This document shows, one piece after another, positions 56,511 to 64,000 of a DNA stretch of 64,000 bases. The notes under the pieces are model-generated. The model ran no database searches. It had not been told where the DNA came from and was given only the letters and a program-made list of their open reading frames with translations. The DNA is from a virus (lineage: Duplodnaviria; Caudoviricetes). The position numbers and the translations under genes are program-made. Within the stretch, counting starts at the first letter, position 1, and each line of letters begins with the position of its first letter. The stretch spans positions 1-64,000 of the IMG/VR virus record IMGVR_UViG_3300006467_000282; one strand, written 5' to 3'.

Positions 56511-56861
56511 ATGGAACAACTACCAGAATTAATGTTTGCTTTATTGAATGATAAAAAATCAGGATTGAAATCAATACTTGTTGATATAACAACAATTGAA
56601 AATCAAATCAGAGGAGTTGACCATTTTCTTAAAAATATAGATGAAGCTGATATGGAAGAAGCTGATATCAGGAAAAAGTTTAAGACAATGATGAAGGTCT
56701 CAAATAAGCAGAATAAGATAATAATGAAATTATTGTACCTTGTCATTGTCTATATGCAGGGGAATAACTTTGATTCCGATGTTGCTCATATGTTGATGAA
56801 ATTCGGCAAAGGTGAGGAAGCTTTACAGGCAATGGTTAGAAATAAATTTAAAGGTATATAA
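56511..56861 (+). CDS. Hypothetical helical protein
   Basis: 116 aa. Confidence 0.65.
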   Translation: MEQLPELMFALLNDKKSGLKSILVDITTIENQIRGVDHFLKNIDEADMEEADIRKKFKTMMKVSNKQNKIIMKLLYLVIVYMQGNNFDSDVAHMLMKFGKGEEALQAMVRNKFKGI

Positions 56862-56863
56862 AT

Positions 56864-57163
56864 ATGAAAGATAAAATAGTACTGGATAGTAGTGATTGTG
56901 ATTTATCCACTGTCTTGACAATTAAAGACACAGAATATGCAAGGATATCACCTGATGGAAAACTTGAAAAATTTAATAATAAGATATGTCGTGAGGTTGC
57001 TGATGAGTTTGATGAAGATAATACACAAACGTATCTGGCATTTGCAAAGCTATGCATCTTATTATTAGAAGAAGCAGCAAGTATTGTTGATCATATTAAC
57101 AAACAGGGCGGCGTATCTTATGGAGACTTAATCAGAAATCTTGAAGTAGAGGAGGAAAAATAA
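56864..57163 (+). CDS. Hypothetical protein
   Basis: 99 aa. Confidence 0.6.
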   Translation: MKDKIVLDSSDCDLSTVLTIKDTEYARISPDGKLEKFNNKICREVADEFDEDNTQTYLAFAKLCILLLEEAASIVDHINKQGGVSYGDLIRNLEVEEEK

Positions 57164-57285
57164 ATGGATGGTAATTTTGGACTTACTTGGGTGTCTTTAA
57201 TAATACCCATATTAGTTATAATAGGGCTTATCATCGGTGTTTGGGAGTTTTTAAAATTGTTGTTTTAGCTTAAAGGATAATAAAG

Positions 57286-57528
57286 ATGACTAAAATTAAG
57301 GGAATGTATGCAAGAAACACTTCTGGAATTACTGGAGTTTCAAAGCATAATCGTGAAAACAAATGGTGTGCAAGTGTATCATCTAAAAACGTTCGATATC
57401 AACTTGGCTACTTCGATGAATTCGACGATGCAGTAATGGCCAGGTTTAAAGGAGAACAAAAATATGGTTGCTACAATAAGGACGGTTCTTCTGCTAAGTT
57501 ATATTTGAAAGATAAGGGATTGATATAA
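57286..57528 (+). CDS. Stand-alone AP2-like DNA-binding domain
   Basis: RNTSGITGVS...KWCA...LGYFDEFDDAVMAR..GE. Confidence 0.75.
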   Translation: MTKIKGMYARNTSGITGVSKHNRENKWCASVSSKNVRYQLGYFDEFDDAVMARFKGEQKYGCYNKDGSSAKLYLKDKGLI

Positions 57529-57737
57529 TGAAGGGCAATTGTGTTATAACTGAGGATAATACAATAATATTTCCAACATCGAAACATAAAGATGTATTAT
57601 TTAAATGCCCGAATTGTGAAGGATGGCATTTTAATATAACTAATGGTGGAGAATTACTCTGTACCACCCGCAAAAGGGAAAGCGAGGGTTTTGGTTGTGG
57701 ATGGAGTGGACAAATAGTTATGAAGGAGGGAAAATGA
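57528..57737 (+). CDS. Zn-ribbon small protein
   Basis: CPNC...C...GCGW. Confidence 0.55.
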   Translation: MKGNCVITEDNTIIFPTSKHKDVLFKCPNCEGWHFNITNGGELLCTTRKRESEGFGCGWSGQIVMKEGK

Positions 57738-57952
57738 CTGACAGATTTAGTTCGTTAACTGTAGTTCTTGAAAAAGACATTAGAGAGGATGATGCTGAAC
57801 ATATTTTGAATGCTATTCGTATGATTAAGGGTGTTCTTTCTGTTAAAGGTAATGTTACAGATATAAATTTATATATAACTGAAACGAGGGTTCAGTCTAA
57901 ATATAGAGATAAACTGTGGAATATGTTTAATGAAGAGGATAAAAACGAATAG
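57734..57952 (+). CDS. Hypothetical protein
   Basis: GGAGG RBS before ATG 57734; LTVVLEKDIREDDAE..LNAIRMIKGVLSV. Confidence 0.65.
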   Translation: MTDRFSSLTVVLEKDIREDDAEHILNAIRMIKGVLSVKGNVTDINLYITETRVQSKYRDKLWNMFNEEDKNE

Positions 57953-57981
57953 AGAAAGAACTTGAAAAGGATAAATAAATC

Positions 57982-58356
57982 ATGAAAGTTATAACTTTAT
58001 GCGGATCAACAAAATTCAAATCAGTATTTGAAAGAGAATCAGCACGTTTGACTTTAGAAGGAAACATTGTCATTTCTGTAGGAATGTTTGGCCATAAAAT
58101 CGGGATGGATATGAATAGCGATACCAAGCGGATGCTCGATCGATTACATTTCAGAAAGATAGATCTTGCTGACGAAATCTTCGTAATAAATCCTGCTGGA
58201 TATATTGGATTATCAACTTGTGATGAAATTCATTATGCAATGGTTAATGATAAGAAAATAAAGTTTCTTGTTGATTGTGCTTGTATGGATGAATCCGATA
58301 TTTGTCCATTATGTAAACTACAGCAGCAAATAATGGTATATGATATGGAGAAATAA
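57982..58356 (+). CDS. DUF4406/nucleoside-deoxyribosyltransferase-like Rossmannoid protein
   Basis: ITLCGSTKF...KIDLADEIFVIN.AGYIG.ST..EI.YA. Confidence 0.55.
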   Translation: MKVITLCGSTKFKSVFERESARLTLEGNIVISVGMFGHKIGMDMNSDTKRMLDRLHFRKIDLADEIFVINPAGYIGLSTCDEIHYAMVNDKKIKFLVDCACMDESDICPLCKLQQQIMVYDMEK

Positions 58357-58358
58357 CT

Positions 58359-58775
58359 ATGGGAAGTGAATCAAGTCTTTGGAAAACACTTTATACGAAT
58401 ATGAAACCATTCTGGGAAGCTGAACGAATTGAAAATGCAGTTGGAATTGGTGTTCCTGATGTATATGCAACAATGAACTCGGGGAGAATGGTCTGGATAG
58501 AATTAAAACATGTTCATTATTGGCCTAAAAAAGAAACTACTCAACTAAAAATCAAACATTATACGCCTCAGCAAAGATCTTTCATTCGTCGACATGGTAA
58601 AAAAGGAGCAAATGTTTATATTCTTCTGCAAGTTGAGCGAGACTACTTCCTTTTAACCTGGCAAGCAGCTTTAAGAATTGGCGAAATGGTTCCAAATGAT
58701 TATTATAATTCTGATGATATTGCTTATTGGAAAAATAGAATCAACTACGAACAACTAATTGATATTTTAAGTTAA
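58359..58775 (+). CDS. VRR-NUC / PD-(D/E)xK nuclease (resolvase-like)
   Basis: GVPDV...WIELK...TPQQ. Confidence 0.75.
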   Translation: MGSESSLWKTLYTNMKPFWEAERIENAVGIGVPDVYATMNSGRMVWIELKHVHYWPKKETTQLKIKHYTPQQRSFIRRHGKKGANVYILLQVERDYFLLTWQAALRIGEMVPNDYYNSDDIAYWKNRINYEQLIDILS

Positions 58776-58809
58776 AAAGCCAGGAAATTATATAATTTGG
58801 CTAAAATGG

Positions 58810-58839
58810 TTTACATTAATAATTGTTTTTTATTATAAT
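58810..58839 (+). promoter_or_regulatory. Promoter for the lysis unit
   Basis: TTTACA-N18-TATAAT. Confidence 0.6.
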
Positions 58840-58861
58840 ATTTATATTAGGGGAGTAAAAT

Positions 58862-59038
58862 ATGACTATAAACGTAAATGATCCACAGGAATTAACAACA
58901 GCAATTGAAGAGTTATATGATAAATGTAATATATTAGAGGATGAAAGAGCTTCTCTCCTAAATCGCATTGAAGAACTTGAACAAAAATTGGAGGGTTTAA
59001 ATGAAACAAGTGTATCTATTCCGGACAACCAGTCATGA
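58862..59038 (+). CDS. 58-aa coiled-coil protein (not in ORF track)
   Basis: GGGAG RBS; heptad pattern. Confidence 0.55.
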   Translation: MTINVNDPQELTTAIEELYDKCNILEDERASLLNRIEELEQKLEGLNETSVSIPDNQS

Positions 59039-59432
59039 TCAAGGAACAGAAGGAGTACTCGCAACTGATGGATTTACTTGCTATAGCATGGAACTTCCTT
59101 GGAGAAATAATAAGAAAGGATTGTCCTGCGTTCCAGCAGGAACGTATCTTGTAAAAATTCGAAAGTCCCCTAAATTCGGATTCACTTATTGGGTGACTAA
59201 TATAAATGGACGCGAGTTTATTCTTATTCATGGCGGTAATTTTGCAGGGGATGTAACAAAAGGTTGGAAAAGTAATGTTCTTGGATGTATTGAATTAGGG
59301 AAAAGATTTGGAACCATCGGAAATCAAAGAGCAATTCTTACTTCCAAACCAACAGTCCGGAAATTTAAAAATCATATGCAGAGTGACGATTTTATGTTAA
59401 CAATAATCGGAAATATGAAGGAGGCAGCATAA
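59001..59432 (+). CDS. Putative endolysin (DUF5675-like peptidase)
   Basis: GTEGVL...SMELPW..NK...CVPAGTY...ILIHGGN...GCIELG. Confidence 0.7.
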   Translation: MKQVYLFRTTSHDQGTEGVLATDGFTCYSMELPWRNNKKGLSCVPAGTYLVKIRKSPKFGFTYWVTNINGREFILIHGGNFAGDVTKGWKSNVLGCIELGKRFGTIGNQRAILTSKPTVRKFKNHMQSDDFMLTIIGNMKEAA

Positions 59433-60076
59433 TGTTAGCAACAGTTTTAGGTGGTGTTACAGGTTTACTCGGGAATGTCGTCGGTGGTTGGTTCAAAATG
59501 AAAGAACGTAAAATGAAAATCGAAGAGAATAAGGTTCAGAATCAACATGAACTCGCTATGGTTGATGCTGAAACCAGGGCAATGATTGAAGAAGCTAAGG
59601 CAAATATACGTATTGCTCAGACACAAGTTGAAGGTGCAATTGATCTAAAAGAAGCTGATGCTTATATTCAATCTCAGAAAGAAGGTAATAAGCAAATGTT
59701 CAGCAATAAATGGATTGATCGCCTTATGGGACAGGAAGGATGGATCAGGTATTTTACTATTCCTTTAGCCAGTTTAATTGCAGTGCTATTTGGTCTGACT
59801 GATTTCTTAAGAGGGATCTTACGACCTACTTTAACTATTTATTTATGTGGAATTACAACTTGGGTAACTTGGATGGCGTGGCAAATAATGCAGAAAGAAG
59901 GTGTTGCTTTAGATGGAATACAAGCTGCAGCAATCTTTTCAGAAATTACTTCTATTGTAACTTACTTAACAGTTTCTTGTGTAACCTGGTGGTTTGGTGA
60001 TAGAACAATGGCTAAAAATATAATGAAGACTAAAGGCATAGATAATTCACGTTTGAATGATAAGATTGATTTGTAA
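59432..60076 (+). CDS. Putative holin (3-TM type)
   Basis: TM helices, RGILRP..T...WWFGDR; follows the endolysin. Confidence 0.65.
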   Translation: MLATVLGGVTGLLGNVVGGWFKMKERKMKIEENKVQNQHELAMVDAETRAMIEEAKANIRIAQTQVEGAIDLKEADAYIQSQKEGNKQMFSNKWIDRLMGQEGWIRYFTIPLASLIAVLFGLTDFLRGILRPTLTIYLCGITTWVTWMAWQIMQKEGVALDGIQAAAIFSEITSIVTYLTVSCVTWWFGDRTMAKNIMKTKGIDNSRLNDKIDL

Positions 60077-60102
60077 AAATACTCCGTAGTTATTCTTCCT
60101 TA

Positions 60103-60140
60103 GCCCGTTTGTGATTAAATTCACAAGCGGGTTTTCTATT
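60103..60140 (+). terminator. Intrinsic terminator after the lysis genes
   Basis: GCCCGTTTGTGA-N6-TCACAAGCGGGT then TTTCTATTTT. Confidence 0.75.
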
Positions 60141-60153
60141 TTCAAAAAAAGTC

Positions 60154-60213
60154 AAAATAAATCGAAAAAAGATCGAAAAAGGGGTTTACAAAAGAATTAT
60201 TTTATATTATAGT
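60154..60213 (+). promoter_or_regulatory. Strong early-type promoter with phased A-tract upstream element
   Basis: (TCGAAAAAAG)-type repeats, GGGG, TTTACA-N17-TATAGT. Confidence 0.75.
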
Positions 60214-60258
60214 ACTTACATGATCAAAACAAAACATAACTCAAACAAGGAGAATAAT

Positions 60259-60603
60259 ATGACAACAACAACAATTAAATTCGAAGATTATGAATCAGAA
60301 AGAGAAACTCAGAATCAAGGATCAGTAATATTAGCTATTCGTAGAATGCAATCAGAATTAGGTGCAGATTGTGATGAAATAGAAATTACTGAAACTCAAA
60401 ATAACGTAGAAATTAGTATGACTGCTACTGAATATCTTGACCAATTTGAAGGTCATGAAATAGCAATGATCCTTCAGAAAGTTAAAAGAGAAAAAATGAT
60501 TAATCAGATTAAAGCTACAGATTTTGATAATATTTCCCTTACAACTTTAAGTAATGTTATTAAACTTATAAATGAAAATGACCAAAAATTAACTTTAGGA
60601 TAA
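60259..60603 (+). CDS. Hypothetical early protein
   Basis: AAGGAG RBS before ATG 60259. Confidence 0.65.
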   Translation: MTTTTIKFEDYESERETQNQGSVILAIRRMQSELGADCDEIEITETQNNVEISMTATEYLDQFEGHEIAMILQKVKREKMINQIKATDFDNISLTTLSNVIKLINENDQKLTLG

Positions 60604-60613
60604 GGAGATTAAA

Positions 60614-61075
60614 ATGACTAAATGCAAATCAAACGTAAAAACTTTAAATGATGTTCTTAACAATTGTCTCGAATGTAAAGTTGATAAAGTAGAAGGTACA
60701 AATACTTGCCAGGTTGGTAAAGATATTCTTAATAAAGCTATTGAAGATGGTAAAAATTTTAAACCCAAAGAAATTCCAAGAAGAACACAAAATTCTTTAA
60801 TAACTGAACTTAAAAAAGGTAATTTCGTAGCTTGTCCTAATGACAAAATACTTATAATTCATATTCCAAATTTAATTTCAAGTTCGATTCACCTTATTCT
60901 TGTTAATAAGGAAAGAGAAGAACATATTGATTTTTCAGTTGATAATAAAATGGCGTCTTGGAGATGGTTAAAGAAGTTTAACGAAATCACGGGACGTGAA
61001 GTAATTTATAAAAAACCAGATGTAGAAATACCATTTAAAGATTCAGTTCCATATCAACATAGATTTACTGCTTAA
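60614..61075 (+). CDS. Hypothetical early protein
   Basis: 153 aa, AAGGAG RBS. Confidence 0.7.
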   Translation: MTKCKSNVKTLNDVLNNCLECKVDKVEGTNTCQVGKDILNKAIEDGKNFKPKEIPRRTQNSLITELKKGNFVACPNDKILIIHIPNLISSSIHLILVNKEREEHIDFSVDNKMASWRWLKKFNEITGREVIYKKPDVEIPFKDSVPYQHRFTA

Positions 61076-61087
61076 TTAACTCTTCAT

Positions 61088-61116
61088 CTTGCCTCCGATT
61101 GGATATCGGGGGCAGG
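61088..61116 (+). repeat. GC-rich intergenic hairpin without a U-tract
   Basis: CTTGCCTCCGAT-N5-ATCGGGGGCAGG. Confidence 0.55.
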
Positions 61117-61146
61117 GTAAATGGTTAACTTAAAAAGGAGAATCAA

Positions 61147-61335
61147 ATGACAAAAACAATCAAAATCAAAAAATCACCAGAAGGTAAATGGAATCCAAAT
61201 GAAGTTGATAGAGTTTTTAAAGAATTAAAAAAGGGTTTTAATGGTATTGAATTAGCTAATCTATGCGAAACGCTTATTGCGAATAACTATATTAATCAAG
61301 TATGTGTTGATTTAATGAAAGCAAAACTTAAATAG
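61147..61335 (+). CDS. Hypothetical protein
   Basis: 62 aa, AAGGAG RBS. Confidence 0.65.
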   Translation: MTKTIKIKKSPEGKWNPNEVDRVFKELKKGFNGIELANLCETLIANNYINQVCVDLMKAKLK

Positions 61336-61344
61336 GAGAATAAA

Positions 61345-61689
61345 ATGGAAGATTTCTTAACTGTTGAATATGTATCAGCATATATTATCGTTTCTTTTTT
61401 CATCGTAGTAGCTTCGTGTAAATTTGTTGATCGAAAAAGAATTGAGGGAAAACCATGTAGTGGAAGCGATCTTGTAGATATATTTTCCAGAGGACTTGCA
61501 GTTAGAGGTGGCGGACGTGGCCCGACATACTATGAAGATTCTACAAATGGCGATGCTTTTTGGGGAATGATTAGAATATTATTTTACATGACTGTATGGC
61601 CTGTCGCTTTTTCAGCGATCATTCTTTTCTTCATTTGTAAATATATAATATGTATATTGAGTTTTTTATTAGAAATTATTTTTAATTAA
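61345..61689 (+). CDS. Membrane hypothetical protein
   Basis: N- and C-terminal TM segments. Confidence 0.6.
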   Translation: MEDFLTVEYVSAYIIVSFFIVVASCKFVDRKRIEGKPCSGSDLVDIFSRGLAVRGGGRGPTYYEDSTNGDAFWGMIRILFYMTVWPVAFSAIILFFICKYIICILSFLLEIIFN

Positions 61690-61758
61690 AAATAAATCGA
61701 AAAAAGTTGAAAAAAGATCGAAAAAGGGGTTTACAAAATAATTCTTTTGTATTATAGT
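61688..61758 (+). promoter_or_regulatory. Second copy of the A-tract promoter
   Basis: Near-identical to 60154-60213 with one extra 10-bp unit; TTTACA-N17-TATAGT. Confidence 0.75.
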
Positions 61759-61792
61759 ATTTATAACGATAACAATTAAGGAGAATTTAAAT

Positions 61793-61999
61793 ATGACAAA
61801 CTCAACTCAAACAAAATTAAATTTCGATAACTTTCTTTCAGCAGTCATAAGAAATGATTTTATTACAAAAACACAATTAAGAAATCAGTTTGATTTAACT
61901 GATAAAGAAATAAATAAAAATATTGAAAAAATAAGAAACGCAAACTTCATTATCGTTTATAATGAAAAACTTGAAACTTATACATATGGAGGATTCTAA
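61793..61999 (+). CDS. Small HTH-like protein
   Basis: ITKTQLRNQFDLTDKEINKNIEKIR. Confidence 0.5.
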   Translation: MTNSTQTKLNFDNFLSAVIRNDFITKTQLRNQFDLTDKEINKNIEKIRNANFIIVYNEKLETYTYGGF

Positions 62000-62337
62000 T
62001 GACAAACCTCAAAATAGAAGATCTAACAACAGAAGATAATAACAATTATTACATCGTAATTTTTCATAATAATCAGTTTGCAGAAGGTATAACAGGCGCA
62101 AATCTTTATGTTCATATTATAAGTGGTAATGAGCAAAAGGGATTCAAATATATTAAAGATGCAAAAAAATATTTTTCAACTATACGTTCTGAATATAAAT
62201 CTAAAACTATACAAAAAGACAGAGGATATGGAGCATTAGGAAATTTTTATACAAAACCCAATTATATTAAAGGTAAAGATTTAAAAAAACATACAGATAA
62301 TGCTAATAGTTTATATTTTACTAAAATAATTAAATAG
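61999..62337 (+). CDS. Hypothetical protein
   Basis: 112 aa, GGAGG RBS. Confidence 0.6.
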   Translation: MTNLKIEDLTTEDNNNYYIVIFHNNQFAEGITGANLYVHIISGNEQKGFKYIKDAKKYFSTIRSEYKSKTIQKDRGYGALGNFYTKPNYIKGKDLKKHTDNANSLYFTKIIK

Positions 62338-62346
62338 GAGAATATT

Positions 62347-62535
62347 ATGAAAGAGATAATAACGTTTGAATTAGTAGATGAAACTAATGAATTAACCATG
62401 CATATCGGTTCTGAAAGATCTATCGTGATCGGGAAATTTTTACAAGGTGATATCGGTAAACTGTTAACCTTGTCCGGTGATAAACTGGATCATTTTCATA
62501 AACTAATATTGCAAGCAATTGCTAATAATTTATAG
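62347..62535 (+). CDS. Hypothetical protein
   Basis: 62 aa, AGGAG RBS. Confidence 0.6.
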   Translation: MKEIITFELVDETNELTMHIGSERSIVIGKFLQGDIGKLLTLSGDKLDHFHKLILQAIANNL

Positions 62536-62544
62536 GAGAGTAAA

Positions 62545-62946
62545 ATGGATTTCGATAAAATGATAGAAACTTTAGAACAAGAGTTTAGTAAAGACCGAGA
62601 CGGATGGGATGATATAACTAATGCTATAGAGGCAATTGATACTCTTCAAGGCTGTCGTGCTTTTTATGGATCTTTCAATCAAATTAAGTTCGAAGCATTT
62701 AAAGGAATGTTAGAAGCAGCACGGAGAGAACTTTGTGTATCGGAAGAATTTATAGAAAATAAGAAAGAAAAAGATGAGTATGAAGAATCAGATGATTTCA
62801 TCTTTTCTGAAATTAGAAATATGAATAAGCAAATAGATGTTCTTCAGCATAAACGTGACAAAATAATTGATAAATACAGAGAAGACAATGATTTAGACCA
62901 TAAGCAACATATAAAAAATTACCTGGAATGGGAGAAAAAGCAATGA
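62545..62946 (+). CDS. Hypothetical helical protein
   Basis: 133 aa, AGGAG RBS. Confidence 0.65.
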   Translation: MDFDKMIETLEQEFSKDRDGWDDITNAIEAIDTLQGCRAFYGSFNQIKFEAFKGMLEAARRELCVSEEFIENKKEKDEYEESDDFIFSEIRNMNKQIDVLQHKRDKIIDKYREDNDLDHKQHIKNYLEWEKKQ

Positions 62947-63173
62947 AAATCAAAAAAGATCAATTGGTAAAAGTTAATCATGTACGTAAAGGTAGATTTA
63001 ATGCAATTGCAGATAATGATTTCGATACAGATACAACAACATGGTATCCACTATCGGTAGCTCAGGAAGATCCAATTAATGGTTTTTCTACAGTAGCAAA
63101 GTGGAGAAAAGGCGAATCAATTCCATGTAGAAATTCACTCTGTGAGATTTCAATAATTGAGAAAGGTAAATAA
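62943..63173 (+). CDS. Hypothetical protein
   Basis: ATGA overlap, GGGAG RBS. Confidence 0.6.
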   Translation: MKIKKDQLVKVNHVRKGRFNAIADNDFDTDTTTWYPLSVAQEDPINGFSTVAKWRKGESIPCRNSLCEISIIEKGK

Positions 63174-63174
63174 A

Positions 63175-64000
63175 ATGAAAAGCATAATAGTTTATTCGGG
63201 CAAGGGCGGAGTTGGGAAGACAACTACTACTGCAAACTTGGCAAAAGCACTTGTTGATAAAGGGAAAAGCGTATTTATATTGGACGCGGATATAAATACT
63301 CCATCCATGCATGTTGTTTTCCCAGATAAAACTGTTAATAAGAACTTATACGTACATTCCATGGGGTATGATACTCGTGGATTAGTTTATATTCAAGGTA
63401 GTATGGTAAAAAAATACATCAGACAAGCAAAAACAAAAGTTAATAAGATGAAACCTGATATTGTATTGATTGATACTCCACCCTCTATAACAGATATTCA
63501 TCTTAATTTAATTGAATCTTTGGAAGTATCTGGAGTTATTTTTGTAACTCAACCTAATAAACTAAGTATGGAAGATGTCGGTCGAACTTCTGGATTTTTT
63601 AAAACAAAAGAGATACCAGTAATTGGTATAATTGAAAATATGAGTCAGGGAGAAGCTATTGATTATACAGTTTCTTTACTTGGCAAAATAAAATTCGAAT
63701 CATCTTTTGATATTGAAAAAGTATTCAAGCTTAATTATAAAACTTATGATGAAATTTCTAATATAGTAATGGATGCGGAAGATGCAATATATGAAAGTAG
63801 TACAAAACAATTTACCGATGAATCTATTTCTGAAGAAGCTGTACAGGAAATGATGCGTTCTAAATTAATGCCTAAATTAAAGTTCGTTAATTTAGCAACT
63901 TGGGATTACCTGGTTGAATATTTCTTAGAAAATGATTTTGCTGGATTATATTCTTTGGATAGATTTATAGATCATAATACAACAGAGAAAATAGGTAGAA
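63175..64000 (+). CDS. Mrp/NBP35/ParA-family P-loop ATPase, truncated by the window edge (not in ORF track)
   Basis: Hand translation: MKSIIVYSGKGGVGKTTTTANLA...ILDADINTPS...LIDTPP...VTQP...IGIIENMS; open to 64000. Confidence 0.85.
   Translation, partial: MKSIIVYSGKGGVGKTTTTANLAKALVDKGKSVFILDADINTPSMHVVFPDKTVNKNLYVHSMGYDTRGLVYIQGSMVKKYIRQAKTKVNKMKPDIVLIDTPPSITDIHLNLIESLEVSGVIFVTQPNKLSMEDVGRTSGFFKTKEIPVIGIIENMSQGEAIDYTVSLLGKIKFESSFDIEKVFKLNYKTYDEISNIVMDAEDAIYESSTKQFTDESISEEAVQEMMRSKLMPKLKFVNLATWDYLVEYFLENDFAGLYSLDRFIDHNTTEKIGR

Noticed and set aside
36397-63312. Minus-strand ORFs over the plus-strand replication/early region
   Set aside because: Antisense shadows with no RBS or motifs.
1-64000. 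Alternative genetic code, introns or inteins
   Set aside because: Core genes (TerL, portal, MCP, PolA, primase) are uninterrupted and of normal size in the standard code.

Overview
This 64-kb AT-rich window is most of a tailed dsDNA bacteriophage genome (Caudoviricetes, contractile Mu-like tail, HK97-fold head). It holds no tRNA, rRNA, CRISPR array, integrase or transposase that I can support. Minus strand, about 30.7 kb to the left edge: a late operon running TerS, TerL, portal, MuF-like head protein, prohead protease, major capsid, three paralogous capsid-adjacent genes, neck, sheath, tube, chaperone (G/GT-type -1 frameshift), tape measure, Mu gpN/44/45/46/47/48-like baseplate and tail fibres. 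A 1.1-kb non-coding, repeat-rich interval (30736-31824) follows, then a minus-strand prim-pol/helicase and a J-domain unit. Plus strand from about 35.7 kb: SNF2 helicase, SSB-like protein, nucleotidyltransferase-like protein, a nucleotide-modification cluster, dCMP deaminase, family A polymerase, VRR-NUC-like nuclease, endolysin-holin, small early genes and a truncated Mrp/ParA-like ATPase. About a dozen TTTACA-N17/18-TAxxxT sigma70-type promoters are visible. Two candidates stand out. (1) A cytosine-replacement or hypermodification pathway at 46568-51199: a dCMP-specific thymidylate-synthase homologue (Asp at the ThyA Asn177 position) with a dNMP kinase, a dCTPase-like enzyme, an intact AsnB-like amidotransferase and an amino-methyltransferase. 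(2) A ubiquitin-sized, probably beta-grasp protein ending in Gly-Gly, encoded 1 bp before a Cys-containing partner (55633-56485). All product calls come from motif recognition and synteny, not database searches.
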